A stretch of DNA of 63,939 nt, the filler included. It is 8 parts of 8 records of this genome, joined end to end, with 100 filler letters (N's around TTAATTAATTAA, not from the genome) between each part and the next. Parts side by side here need not be neighbours in the genome. Positions count along the whole stretch, not along the records: positions 1 to 5,249 come from SRR31147125_48592; positions 5,350 to 10,530 come from SRR31147125_48595; 6 more parts are not named here. The stretch is one strand, 5' to 3'. This document shows positions 1 through 10,121 of the stretch, in pieces (the first letter of the stretch is position 1; every line of letters starts with the position of its first letter). Below the pieces are notes generated by a model. It made no database searches. It had not been told where the DNA came from and was given only the letters and a program-made list of their open reading frames with translations. The position numbers and the translations under genes were made by a program.

Positions 1-2
1 AA

Positions 3-851
3 AAATCAAGCAAGCCAAATGTTTGCCTTGTTTCAAGCCACGATAGGCACTCATTAGAGGCTATTAAAATGGCTGTTGACAAAGGGCTTATTTGTGCTAC
101 CCTTATAGGTAATGAAAAAAATACTATGGAGTGTATGGATGAGATAGGCTTTAATAAAGATTTTGTTACACTATATGATTCTGAAAATGAAGCTAATAGT
201 GCTGAACTTGGTGTTTCGCTTGCTAAACAAGGTAAGGTAGATACACTGATGAAAGGAAAAGTTCAGACAAAAGATTTTTTAAAAGCTATTGTGAATTCCG
301 AAAATGGCATAAAGGATAGCGATCTTCTTAGCATGATTGTTTTAAACGAAATTCATGGATACAAAAAACTTGTATGCACAACCGACAGCGGAATGGTTAT
401 GTATCCTACCTTTGAAGAAAAAGTTGCTATTGTAAAAAATGCTGTTAAGTTTTTTAATAATATAGGATACGAAAAACCTAAAGTAGCTGCGCTTTGTGCT
501 GTTGAGGTAGTGAACCCTAAGATGCCAGAAACAATTGATGCAAAAAGACTTAAGGATATGAATATTGAAAACTGCTATATAGAAGGTCCGATATCTTACG
601 ACCTTACATTTTCTAAAAAGTCTGCGAAGATAAAAGGGTATGATAGTCCTGTTACTGGCGATGTTGATATTTTGCTTATGCCCGATATAACCTCCGGGAA
701 CATTCTTGGCAAAGCATATGTTTATACTTGTGGTGGTAGAATGGCTGGCGTTGTTGTCGGTGCAAAAGTTCCTGTTGTTTTAACATCAAGAGGAGGATCA
801 ACTGAGGATAAATATTTTTCTATACTGCTTGCAGCATTAGATAAAAAGTAA
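3..851 (+). CDS. ptb: Phosphate butyryltransferase / phosphate acyltransferase (5'-partial)
   Basis: PTA/PTB motifs LMKG, D(S)GM..P, EGP.S.D.A, DILL.P.I..GN.L.K and PVVLTSR. The frame is open from position 3, so the real start lies upstream of the window. Confidence 0.85.
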   Translation, partial: KSSKPNVCLVSSHDRHSLEAIKMAVDKGLICATLIGNEKNTMECMDEIGFNKDFVTLYDSENEANSAELGVSLAKQGKVDTLMKGKVQTKDFLKAIVNSENGIKDSDLLSMIVLNEIHGYKKLVCTTDSGMVMYPTFEEKVAIVKNAVKFFNNIGYEKPKVAALCAVEVVNPKMPETIDAKRLKDMNIENCYIEGPISYDLTFSKKSAKIKGYDSPVTGDVDILLMPDITSGNILGKAYVYTCGGRMAGVVVGAKVPVVLTSRGGSTEDKYFSILLAALDKK

Positions 852-940
852 TATTTTAAATAAACAATAATTATGCTTTGTAGTATAATCTTTTTTAAAA
901 GTTTTTGTACGCAAAGCAAACAGAAAGGACAAAGAAGTAA

Positions 941-2727
941 ATGAAAAAATTATTGACAGGTAATGAAGCTATTGCTCGTGGTGTTTACGAATACGGGGCA
1001 CATTTTGCATCAGCATATCCTGGAACACCGAGTTCAGAAATTGTAACCAACATCTCTAACCTTTATAAAGAAGTTGTGTCAGAATGGGCGCCAAACGAAA
1101 AAGTTGCATTAGAGGCGGCAATTGGTGCGGCTTATGTTGGAGGTCGTGCTTTTGCGGCGATGAAACACGTAGGGGTAAACGTTGCAGCAGACCCACTTTT
1201 TACTTGTGCATACACTGGAGTGAACGGAAGTATGGTTTTGGTTTCGGCTGACGAACCTGGAATGCACTCCTCTCAAAACGAGCAAGACAACAGAAACTAC
1301 GCAAAAGCTGCAAAGATGCCTATGTTTGAGCCATCAAATTCTCAAGAGGCAAAAGAGTTTTTGGGTGATGCTTTTGAACTTTCTGAAGAATACGGCGCAC
1401 CAGTGCTTTTAGGGTTACAACAAGAATATGTCACTCTAAAGGAATAGTTGAGTTAAAAGAAAGACAAGAAGTTGAAATTAAAGAATACGAAAAGAATGTT
1501 AAAAAATTCTGTACTGTTCCAGCCAACTCTAGAAATATGCGACATGATGTTGAAAAAAGACTGATAGCGTGGCAAGAACTTTCTAACAACTGTAAATGGA
1601 ACTATCCAGTCTATAACGATAAAAAAATGGGTGTTATAACTTCTGGTGGAGTTCATGAATATGCTGTAGAAGCTTTTGGCGATAGTGCTTCTTATCTAAA
1701 GCTTGGCTTTACGCATCCATTACCAACTACACTTATTGAAGATTTTGCTAAAGAAGTGGACACGCTTTATATAATTGAAGAAAACGACAAATACATAGAA
1801 GACCATGTAAAAACCCTTGGAATTAAATGCGTCGGAAAGGATATGTTCCCGTATGCTGGTGAGATGACACCGGATGTTATAATTGAAAGCTTTACTGGTA
1901 AAAAGATTGAGGCTAGAGAGGTTAAGCAGGATAAAATAATAGCAAGACCTCCTACATATTGTCCTGGATGTCCTCATAGAGGGTTGTTCTTGCAACTGGG
2001 AAAAAGAAAGAACACCATTGTTGCGGGTGATATTGGATGTTATGCTCTTGGTTTTGCGCCACCGTACAATTCAGTAGACTGGATATTATGTATGGGTGGA
2101 AGCTTTTCTACAGGTCACGGAGCACAAAAAGTTTTAGATCAAAAACCTGGTAATGAAAAGCGTATGGTTTCAGTTTTAGGTGATTCTACTTTCTTCCACA
2201 CTGGAGTAAATTCACTTATCGAAGTTGCTTATAATAATTCTAATACAATAAATATAGTACTTGATAACAGAATAACAGGCATGACGGGCGGACAAGAAAA
2301 CCCAGGTTCTGGTTTTTCGGCTACTGGAGATGTAACGCAAGTATTGGATATTGCAGCTATGTGTAGAGCATGCGGTATTAAGCATGTAAGAGAAATTAAC
2401 CCTAACGATAAAGATGAAGTAAACGAGGCTTTAGATTGGGCATATGCACAAACTGAACCTTGCGTTTTAATAACAAAATGGCCTTGCGTTTTAAAAAGAA
2501 GATACAACGATGATGATACAAACGATTATCCAGATGTATTTAAGACTAAATGTATTGTTGACTTGGATAAATGTATTGGATGTAAAAAGTGTCTAAAGAC
2601 AGGTTGTCCATCACTTAGCTTTGATATAAAAAATAAAAAAGCTGGCATCGATAAAACCACATGTGTTGGATGTGGAGTTTGTTTGGCGGAATGTCCTGTT
2701 GGAGCAATATTAAAGGAGGAAAAATAA
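941..2727 (+). CDS. iorA: Indolepyruvate:ferredoxin oxidoreductase alpha subunit, split by one apparent frameshift at ~1407-1410
   Basis: LLTGNEAIARG, YPGTPSSE, RPP.CPGCPH, GDIGCY, GDSTFFH, TGMTGGQ and a C-terminal 2x[4Fe-4S] ferredoxin domain. One extra T in the T-run restores 'PVLFRVTTRICHSKG' and joins ORFs 941-1447 and 1537-2727. Confidence 0.93.
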
Positions 2728-2728
2728 T

Positions 2729-3301
2729 ATGACTAAAAGCATAATGTTAGTTGGTGTAGGTGGTCAAGGTACAATACTTGCAAGTAAATTATTGACTCTT
2801 GGTTTGATGGAAGCAGGATATGATGTAAAGATGAGTGAGATTCATGGAATGAGCCAAAGGGGCGGTTCTGTTTCTTCTCAAGTTAGATACGGAGAAAAGG
2901 TTCACTCAGCCGTTATACCAAAAGGCGGAGCGGATATTTTGGTTGCTTTTGAAATGGTAGAGGCTGTTAGATATTTACCTAGCTTAAAGCCAGATGGTAA
3001 AATTGTTGTTAACGATTTTAAAATGGATTCGGTAACTACAATAACTGGTTTACAGAAGTATCCAGAAGGTGTTCTTGAAGAAATTAAATCTTCTGCAGAT
3101 ACAATTGTTTTAGACGCTGCAAAGCTTGCTTTAGATCTTGGTAATACAAAGGTTATGAACGTTATTCTTTTAGGTTCGCTGATAAAGTCAATGAACTTAG
3201 AGAACATAGACTGGGATAGCATTGTTGAACAAAATGTTAAGTCGCAGTTTGTGGAACTTAATAAAAAAGCAATCAAAGTTGGGATGGATTCGATATCTTA
3301 A
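2729..3301 (+). CDS. iorB: Indolepyruvate:ferredoxin oxidoreductase beta subunit
   Basis: GVGGQGTILAS and SEIHGMSQRGGSV motifs; lies directly after iorA, with an AGGAGG RBS. Confidence 0.95.
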   Translation: MTKSIMLVGVGGQGTILASKLLTLGLMEAGYDVKMSEIHGMSQRGGSVSSQVRYGEKVHSAVIPKGGADILVAFEMVEAVRYLPSLKPDGKIVVNDFKMDSVTTITGLQKYPEGVLEEIKSSADTIVLDAAKLALDLGNTKVMNVILLGSLIKSMNLENIDWDSIVEQNVKSQFVELNKKAIKVGMDSIS

Positions 3302-3338
3302 TTTTTTGATTGGTTAGTAGATTAGTTTAGATCAGTAA

Positions 3339-3368
3339 AGTCGCCAAGCTAAAATTGGCTTGGCGACT
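3339..3368 (+). terminator. Strong stem-loop after iorB (terminator or mRNA-stabilising hairpin)
   Basis: AGTCGCCAAGC-taaaattg-GCTTGGCGACT forms a perfect 11-bp stem; there is no clear U-tract. Confidence 0.55.
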
Positions 3369-3388
3369 GATACAAAAATTTTTGTATC
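3369..3388. promoter_or_regulatory. Perfect 20-bp palindrome upstream of the IclR gene, candidate operator
   Basis: GATACAAAAA|TTTTTGTATC ends 21 bp before the ATG at 3410. Confidence 0.4.
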
Positions 3389-3409
3389 TTTTAGAAAAGG
3401 ACAGATTAG

Positions 3410-4153
3410 ATGAGTGAAGTAAATAATTCTGTAAAAAAAGCCATGAGTATTTTGGATTTGTTCATGGACAAATATTCTTTAAATATAACCGAAATTCAAA
3501 AAGCTAGCGGGCTTTCGAGAGCGGCAATTACTAGAATATTAAACAGTCTTTTAGAGACTGGATATATATACAAAGATGCTGATTGTTCAAAATATTGCTT
3601 GGGTAATAAGGTTTTTATTTTAGCAAACAGTAAAAACAAATATTCAAACATTATTAACTTAATATCAAATCCTCTAGAACAGCTTTCTAAAAAATTAGGG
3701 CACGCTATTTCGGTGACAGTTATGGAAAATAATAAGAATGTCTCCCTTTTTGCAAAGCAGAGCAAAAGCGTTTTAGGCCTTTTGCCTAAAGTTGGGTCTG
3801 TTAACGAACTTAATAATTCTGCATCAGGAAAAATACATGTAGCTTATAGCAAAAACAGAGATGAAATTATCGATAAAATCAATTTTATTAAAAAGACAGA
3901 AAATACGATTACAACAAAAGAGGATTTTAAAAATGTGCTTAAGCAAGTTATTAAAGATGGATATGCAATTGATAACGAAGAGTTAGAGCCGGGTCTTTTT
4001 TGCGTTTCTATGCCCGTATTTGGTTATAACGACGAGGTTGTTTGTGCCGTTAGTGTTTCTGGCTATAAGGGCAGCATAGTAGAAAATTTAGATGAGATAA
4101 AGCTGGACTTAAAAGAATGCACCCAAAAAATAAGCCGAGAGTATCACTTGTAA
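3410..4153 (+). CDS. IclR family transcriptional regulator
   Basis: N-terminal winged HTH (SV.KA..IL...GLSRA...RIL.SL...GY) and C-terminal SASGK, GYAID.EE.E.G..CVS.PV, AVSVSG. Confidence 0.92.
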   Translation: MSEVNNSVKKAMSILDLFMDKYSLNITEIQKASGLSRAAITRILNSLLETGYIYKDADCSKYCLGNKVFILANSKNKYSNIINLISNPLEQLSKKLGHAISVTVMENNKNVSLFAKQSKSVLGLLPKVGSVNELNNSASGKIHVAYSKNRDEIIDKINFIKKTENTITTKEDFKNVLKQVIKDGYAIDNEELEPGLFCVSMPVFGYNDEVVCAVSVSGYKGSIVENLDEIKLDLKECTQKISREYHL

Positions 4154-4191
4154 ATAATTTATAAAAACAGTAAATATAGATAATCGATCAT

Positions 4192-4219
4192 GGATCCAGA
4201 ATGTTGGATTCTTTTTTTT
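4192..4219 (+). terminator. Probable intrinsic terminator after the IclR gene
   Basis: GGATCCA-gaatgt-TGGATTC followed by T8. Confidence 0.55.
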
Positions 4220-4350
4220 ATGCTAAAAAGATAGAACAATTATCAAGCCAGTTGATTTGTGCATATGATATAAAACAAGGCAAAATATTTTTATATAAGC
4301 GTAAGCTTATAGCGTTTTATGCTTTTTAAAAAAAGAACGGAAAACTGAGT

Positions 4351-5223
4351 ATGAAAATAGGAATTGTAGCGTTAAAAAAACTCAACAACTCAAAGGTGTT
4401 GCCTATGTTTTTTAAAGCGAGTGAAAAGCTTGGTATTGATTTGGTCTTTTATCATCCATCAGAATTTATTGTAAAGATAAAAGATAACAAATGTGTTCTT
4501 TTGGACCGTATGCGAAAAAGAGTAAATGTGGATGGCGCTATAAATTGGATACCCTACCCGAGATGCGAAGAACTGGATTACGCTTTTACATTTAACAATA
4601 TTCCGTATATTAACAGCACAAAATGTGTAAGGCTTTGTAGAAACAAAACACTTGCAAACCTTATGTTATGCGGGCAAATAAATCAACCGCATACAGAATA
4701 TTACCCGAAGATGGGAAAGCAAGCTAACGTTATGCCTATTATGGAAGCTCCGTTTGTATACAAAAACAAAAGTGGATCACTAGGAAAAAATTCAAGAAAG
4801 TTTGATTCTGAAGATCAAGTAAGTACCTTTTTAAGGGATAGAAAATATACTGATAATATATATTTTCAAAAATATATAGAAAACTTTGGTAGCGATTTTA
4901 GAATTATTGTTGTTGGCGGAAAAGTAGTTGGAGGAATTGAGAAGACTTGTGAAAAAGGTGAATGGCGAACGCACGTTGTTTATGGTGCAAGCGTTAAAAA
5001 AATTGAGGTTACAGAAGGCTTAAAGAGTATGGCACTTTTGGTAGCAAAAAAGCTGGATGCCCATTTTTGTGGCATAGATATAATAAAAGATAAAAATGGA
5101 GAGTTGTATTTTTTAGAAGCAAATAGCGTTCCTGGTATGAATATATTTTATGATGCTACGGGTATCAATATTGGCGAAAGAATACTATTACATATGATAG
5201 GAGTTGTGAAAAATGGACGATAG
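4351..5223 (+). CDS. RimK/LysX family ATP-grasp ligase
   Basis: YINS...CRNK, VYK...GS.G, YFQKYI..DFRI.VVGG, WRT, GIDII and LEANS.PG motifs. An overlapping downstream ORF starts at 5213 (MDDRIYQ) and is cut by the contig end. Confidence 0.88.
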   Translation: MKIGIVALKKLNNSKVLPMFFKASEKLGIDLVFYHPSEFIVKIKDNKCVLLDRMRKRVNVDGAINWIPYPRCEELDYAFTFNNIPYINSTKCVRLCRNKTLANLMLCGQINQPHTEYYPKMGKQANVMPIMEAPFVYKNKSGSLGKNSRKFDSEDQVSTFLRDRKYTDNIYFQKYIENFGSDFRIIVVGGKVVGGIEKTCEKGEWRTHVVYGASVKKIEVTEGLKSMALLVAKKLDAHFCGIDIIKDKNGELYFLEANSVPGMNIFYDATGINIGERILLHMIGVVKNGR

Positions 5224-5249
5224 AATTTATCAAACCGTACCTAAAAAAA

Positions 5250-5349
5250 NNNNNNNNNNNNNNNNNNNNNNNNNNNNNNNNNNNNNNNNNNNNTTAATTA
5301 ATTAANNNNNNNNNNNNNNNNNNNNNNNNNNNNNNNNNNNNNNNNNNNN
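5250..5349. other. Artificial contig linker
   Basis: 44 N + TTAATTAATTAA (stop codons in all frames) + 44 N. Confidence 0.99.
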
Positions 5350-5387
5350 TTTTTTGATTATCCTAAAAAATATTTATGATCTTTGAG

Positions 5388-7775
5388 TTATGCGTCGATA
5401 TTTTCTTTTGATTCTGAGAATTGAATTGAAAATTGCGCACCATTGTTTGAACGTACTTCCAGTGTTCCGTCAATTTGATCAACCAGCGTATTTACGAGCT
5501 GCAAACCCAGGGTATCTGAGTAATTGATATCCATGTTATCCGGCAAACCGATACCATTATCTTTGACGGTTAGTTTATAATTGCCATTCTTGTCGGATTT
5601 AAAAACAATGTAGATTTCGCCTTCTTTTTTGTCCGGAAAAGCATGTTTTAACGAATTTGTTAGCAATTCGTTAATTATCAACCCGCATGGAATGGCAGTA
5701 TCTATGACAAGTAAAATATTATCAAAGTCGTGCAGGATTGAAATGTGGTTTGTTTCATCCTTGAAGGATTGTACAAGTTGAGAAGTAAAACTCTCAATAT
5801 AATCGGCAAAGTCAATGCGGGTCAGGTCTTTTGACTGATATAATTTTTCGTGGATAAGGGCCATTGTTCGAACCCGGTTCTGGCTATCTTTGAGCAGACT
5901 ATGCGCTTTTTGATTTTTAATATAAGATGATTGAAGATTCAGCAAACTGGAAACGACCTGCATATTGTTTTTAACACGGTGATGAATTTCTTTTAAAAGG
6001 ACATTTTTTTCTTCCAGCTGGGCTTTTATCTTATTTTCCGCTCTTTTTCGTTCTTCTTCTATGGCAATGGCAGAAGCAATAACTCCCATCAACCATTGAT
6101 CATCATTACCTATTGCCACATTTTTTTGGTAAAAGACACAGAGCGAGCCGGAACATTTATCATGAAATTTGACAGCCTGACCTACGTAGGTTTTTAAATT
6201 GTAATTCATCACATCCGGGTCTGTTTTTGCATAGATCGTTTTATCGAGATGGGGGACAACGAATGGCCTGTCTTCCGCTTTACATATGACATCATATGAA
6301 ATCTGGCCTTTTGCTTCGCTTACCTGGACAAAATTATCCGGCGCCTTCCATTTGCCTATAGCATACAAGTTTTCTTTTTCAAGATTCAAGTAGAGAGCGA
6401 ATTTGGCTTCCATAAGCTCACCACAAACGGCAACCAGACTATTAATATTTGTTAACGGATCATTACCAAATTGAAGAAAACACTGATTCAACTTTGCCAA
6501 CCGGTTTTCCATGCGTTTGCGCTTGGTGATGTCACGAGCAATGGATAAGAATAATGTATCACCACCTGCCACTAGTGAGGAGATAGCAAGTTCTACTTGT
6601 ATTTGCGTTCCATCCTTATGAATGGTCATTGTTTCGAAGGGCTTTTCAAAATCAAAATCCGGATTAAACGATTGATTGTTTTTTGATGGCATTTCAAGAG
6701 ATGATGTCTTAAAGTCGGATGATTTCATTGAGAGTAGTTCCGAGTAGGAATAACCGAGCAATTTTGTTGCAGCCAGGTTAGCATCCAGAATTTTTTTCGA
6801 ACTATCTTCAAGTAAAATGGCATCCTGTGCCTGATTGAATAAAATTCTGTATCGTTCTTCGCTTGCTCTCAAAGCTCGTTCAACTTGTTTGCGTTCTACT
6901 ATTTCAAGTTTTAATTCCTGATTAGCCTTTGCCAGATCTGCTGTTCTTTCAGCGACACGTTGTTCGAGTTCATTATAAGATTTTTTCAATGCTTCTTCAT
7001 TTTTTTTACGATTGGTGATATCCTTGAAAACAATGACAGAACCAATCGTGGTATTATTATCATCCTTTATGGGTGATGGTCTGAACTCAATTGGTGTTTT
7101 TTTATCTTTTTTTGATAACAGATAACAATCGCTGACAAGGGTTCCATCACTGTTGGTAAAGTCAATTTTTATTCTTTTGGCATCCGGCTTTGAGTTGGTC
7201 GCCATTTTGACATGGAAAATATCATTCATGGAACGTCCCAGAGCATCCTGACGATCCCACCCTGTCAATTCCTCTGCAACCGGATTGATAAATTTTATAT
7301 TTTCATCACAGTCGACAGCAATAACACCCTCACCAATACTTTTTATTGTGGTTGAAAGCCAACTTTTGCTTTCTTGCAGATCATTTTCCATTTGATGCTT
7401 TAAAAGAGCAATTTCAATGGCAATATGCAATTCACGCAGTTTGAAAGGTTTTAAAATGTAACCAAAGGGATTGGTGATTTTGGCTTGTTTCAAGGTCTCT
7501 TCATCGGAACGGCCTGTGACATATACAATAGGAATATTTAAACTTTTTCTTATATCCTGAGCTGCCTGAAGACCATCTATTTCTCCTTTAAGCATAATGT
7601 CCATGAGTATCAAATCAGGGGATGATTTTTTTGCCTCTATGATGGCTTCATGACCATTATTGATGATACCCGTAACATTATATCCTAATGTTAGCAAACT
7701 TTGTTCTATCATTTCAGCTACTTCTTCAGTATCCTCCACTACAAGGATATTGTATTTCTCTTCAAATCCCTTCAT
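5388..7775 (-). CDS. Hybrid sensor histidine kinase: REC-PAS-PAS-GAF-HisKA_2/HATPase
   Basis: Receiver domain ([21 protein letters not shown]), two PAS/PAC domains ending in DIT, a GAF-like segment, [10 protein letters not shown]-box, [12 protein letters not shown] and DNGIG. Confidence 0.93.
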   Translation of the reverse strand: MKGFEEKYNILVVEDTEEVAEMIEQSLLTLGYNVTGIINNGHEAIIEAKKSSPDLILMDIMLKGEIDGLQAAQDIRKSLNIPIVYVTGRSDEETLKQAKITNPFGYILKPFKLRELHIAIEIALLKHQMENDLQESKSWLSTTIKSIGEGVIAVDCDENIKFINPVAEELTGWDRQDALGRSMNDIFHVKMATNSKPDAKRIKIDFTNSDGTLVSDCYLLSKKDKKTPIEFRPSPIKDDNNTTIGSVIVFKDITNRKKNEEALKKSYNELEQRVAERTADLAKANQELKLEIVERKQVERALRASEERYRILFNQAQDAILLEDSSKKILDANLAATKLLGYSYSELLSMKSSDFKTSSLEMPSKNNQSFNPDFDFEKPFETMTIHKDGTQIQVELAISSLVAGGDTLFLSIARDITKRKRMENRLAKLNQCFLQFGNDPLTNINSLVAVCGELMEAKFALYLNLEKENLYAIGKWKAPDNFVQVSEAKGQISYDVICKAEDRPFVVPHLDKTIYAKTDPDVMNYNLKTYVGQAVKFHDKCSGSLCVFYQKNVAIGNDDQWLMGVIASAIAIEEERKRAENKIKAQLEEKNVLLKEIHHRVKNNMQVVSSLLNLQSSYIKNQKAHSLLKDSQNRVRTMALIHEKLYQSKDLTRIDFADYIESFTSQLVQSFKDETNHISILHDFDNILLVIDTAIPCGLIINELLTNSLKHAFPDKKEGEIYIVFKSDKNGNYKLTVKDNGIGLPDNMDINYSDTLGLQLVNTLVDQIDGTLEVRSNNGAQFSIQFSESKENIDA

Positions 7776-7873
7776 GAAACCGCATTCCCAGGTTTATAAA
7801 TCGTTATCTGTGATTCAAATAGGTTAGAATGAAAAGAATATTCAGATTGAATAAACTTTGCCTTAAAATACAA

Positions 7874-7889
7874 AGCAAAATTGTTGCCA
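7874..7889 (-). promoter_or_regulatory. Sigma54 (-24/-12) promoter candidate for the hybrid kinase
   Basis: The minus strand reads TGGCAACAATTTTGCT (GG-N10-GC), about 100 bp upstream of the ATG at 7775. Confidence 0.65.
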
Positions 7890-7945
7890 GAGTTTCGCTG
7901 AAAAAGTAAAAAATATCTTAATTTCTTACATTGGGCTCAATGGCT

Positions 7946-7958
7946 TAAGCTGTTGATA
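7946..7958 (-). promoter_or_regulatory. IHF-binding site candidate
   Basis: The minus strand reads TATCAACAGCTTA, an exact WATCAANNNNTTR match lying between the sigma54 site and a putative enhancer. Confidence 0.5.
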
Positions 7959-8044
7959 AAAAAGAAATAACGCTGTATGCTGGCAAAGGGTTGGTCTCAC
8001 TAATTTAGATAGAAATAATTAATTTTGAACAGTTGATAAAAATC

Positions 8045-8079
8045 TGTATCATTTTCGGGACAATGTCAGATTTAATACA
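8045..8079. promoter_or_regulatory. Putative upstream activator sequences for an enhancer-binding protein
   Basis: Tandem TGT-N12-ACA (8045-8062) and TGT-N10-ACA (8064-8079), about 160-190 bp upstream of the -24 box. Confidence 0.4.
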
Positions 8080-8185
8080 CCTGTTTGTAAAGTACGTATT
8101 TTTACCCGGGTTGATATTTAATTTAAACGAAATCAACTGATAGATGAAAGAAACGTGAAATTTAAAATGCTATATCATATAAAAA

Positions 8186-9352
8186 TTACTGATCGGATTC
8201 TCTGTTTTGTTTCCTTTGCTGTCTTTCCATTTCTTCTTTTTGCATGATTTTACTGCGTAAATTGGTCAGGTTTTTCAAAGCATTAAACCAGAATGGAGCA
8301 CCCAAACTCAGCAAGGCAACGCTTATCATGATACCAAAGTACTTACGGACCGGCCATGAATTAAGGTCCCATGAATAGTGTTCATTCAGTATTTTTAAAC
8401 CAAGATTATTCAGTTGATTACGAAGTGCCAGCGCTTCCTGTCCTAAATACCCCATGTGAATTACCGTCACTTTATCAAGCAATTGATTATATGTTTCAGT
8501 TAAGGTATCGATGTTGACATCTGCAGGTGCAGATTGTCTTAGCCAGGTTGTTGCCGCTATACGAGAAGTAAAAGCCGGAGCAGATGGAAGCGGGAATTCT
8601 TTATATTGGACACTCAATGAATCCATTGCGATATTAAAGGTACTGCGTTTTGTTAAAAGTTGCTCACCCTTTTCTAAAAATATATCGGTGCTGGATACAA
8701 GTCGGGCTCGAAGATCTGCGTCTGCATAGATATTTTGAATCAGGTCAATTGAATTCAATTGCATTGTAAACGCGACAATAAACGAAGCTGAAGCTGAAAT
8801 TATTTTGGAATGAAGCGAAAAACGTTCGCTCATACGATCTGTAATTTTATCAAACCACTCTTCCATATCAATTAGTTTTTCTCGGCTTTTTTTTAATTGT
8901 TTTGAAATAGCATGATAGATTTTGATAATATTTTTTTGTAATTTATCTTCCAGATTGTCCGGTAACAGGCCCAATTGTTCAGCCAGTTTTTCTTCATTTA
9001 TAGTTGTAAATTTTGTTATCCATTCAGTTGCCGACTCGGAAAGTTTATATTTTTGCGGGGATTCGCTAAATTTTAACAAAAGATGGGATAATTCCTCAAC
9101 TCGTATTACAGTGGCATATCGATTTTTCGATTTTGCTATCAGAGGAAATGTCAGCAATTTATGCACGATTTCATCTATCTCATCCTTTATACCAGGTTGT
9201 AATTCGTGAAGCAGCCTATTTAATCCCCAGAATAAATTGCGTCCACGTAAATTAAATACACTAATCACAATTTGAGTAATGACTGTAACAAGCAAACTAC
9301 CAAGTAAAAGTACAACGCATAATGATACGAGGGCATCAAGGTGAGTCAACAT
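8186..9352 (-). CDS. Conserved hypothetical membrane protein (SLGAPFWF-motif family)
   Basis: N-terminal TM 'LD..vsL...LL.SL.VT...Q.....R...L..GL..LL', central 'WFD...DRMSERF' plus a TM, and C-terminal 'G..IS...LSLGAPFWF..L..L..LR'. Confidence 0.8.
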   Translation of the reverse strand: MLTHLDALVSLCVVLLLGSLLVTVITQIVISVFNLRGRNLFWGLNRLLHELQPGIKDEIDEIVHKLLTFPLIAKSKNRYATVIRVEELSHLLLKFSESPQKYKLSESATEWITKFTTINEEKLAEQLGLLPDNLEDKLQKNIIKIYHAISKQLKKSREKLIDMEEWFDKITDRMSERFSLHSKIISASASFIVAFTMQLNSIDLIQNIYADADLRARLVSSTDIFLEKGEQLLTKRSTFNIAMDSLSVQYKEFPLPSAPAFTSRIAATTWLRQSAPADVNIDTLTETYNQLLDKVTVIHMGYLGQEALALRNQLNNLGLKILNEHYSWDLNSWPVRKYFGIMISVALLSLGAPFWFNALKNLTNLRSKIMQKEEMERQQRKQNRESDQ

Positions 9353-9380
9353 AAGACAGCCCCTTTATTAAATAGTTGAA

Positions 9381-10121
9381 TTATTTATTATCAGCAATTG
9401 TGCCGGCTACAAATCCCGCGGCAGCACTCCCAAGAAGTGCTGTCAGTGCCGGTACTCCTAATTTAATTTGTGGATTTTCAAGACGCTGGATATATTTTTG
9501 ATTTATGCTTTCATATTTCGCATAAGCATCATCGTATCCAAGTTTGTATGCTTGTTTATTTTCTCTTTCCAATTGAATGACCGTATCTTTGTAAGCAATC
9601 ACCAGGTCTTGTAGTGATTCAATATCCAGGGATTTTTCCAATTGCTGTTTATATTTGATGGCATCAATATGATCCTGGATAAATGTCGTTGTGAATTCAG
9701 TCGGTATTAAAAAGTATTCGATATCGACTTTAAACTCTTCATTATGGATATCTTTAAAACCCCATTGTGATCTGGCCATTTCCGGCCAAAATTCCTGCAT
9801 TTGTTCCATGATGTCTTCTTTTTGAAATAAACGAAACGCATTAGCAAGGGCTTGCTGCCGTTCCGCTTCCAGCCGGGAGCGTTGTTTTTTTAACTGTGTT
9901 ATTTCGTTGGTTAATTCACTTTCTTTAACTTCAAATTGCGCGATAATGGTATCCCGTGTACCAATTTGTGTGAGAAGTGAATCCCGTCTGGTTTTTATTT
10001 GCTCAAGTTCCTGTTTTACCTGCAAGATTTCCCGTTGATTCATAAATTTTGCCGCTAAAAAGGAGGAAAGACTTGCCAGAAGACATATTATGATCATTAA
10101 CGTCAACACAGTCTTAAGCAT
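9381..10121 (-). CDS. Membrane-anchored coiled-coil protein with a Gly/Ala-rich hydrophobic C-terminus (spanin-like architecture)
   Basis: GGAGGT RBS before the ATG at 10121, which overlaps the upstream stop. N-terminal TM, two coiled-coil stretches and C-terminal LGVPALTALLGSAAAGFVAG. Confidence 0.75.
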   Translation of the reverse strand: MLKTVLTLMIIICLLASLSSFLAAKFMNQREILQVKQELEQIKTRRDSLLTQIGTRDTIIAQFEVKESELTNEITQLKKQRSRLEAERQQALANAFRLFQKEDIMEQMQEFWPEMARSQWGFKDIHNEEFKVDIEYFLIPTEFTTTFIQDHIDAIKYKQQLEKSLDIESLQDLVIAYKDTVIQLERENKQAYKLGYDDAYAKYESINQKYIQRLENPQIKLGVPALTALLGSAAAGFVAGTIADNK

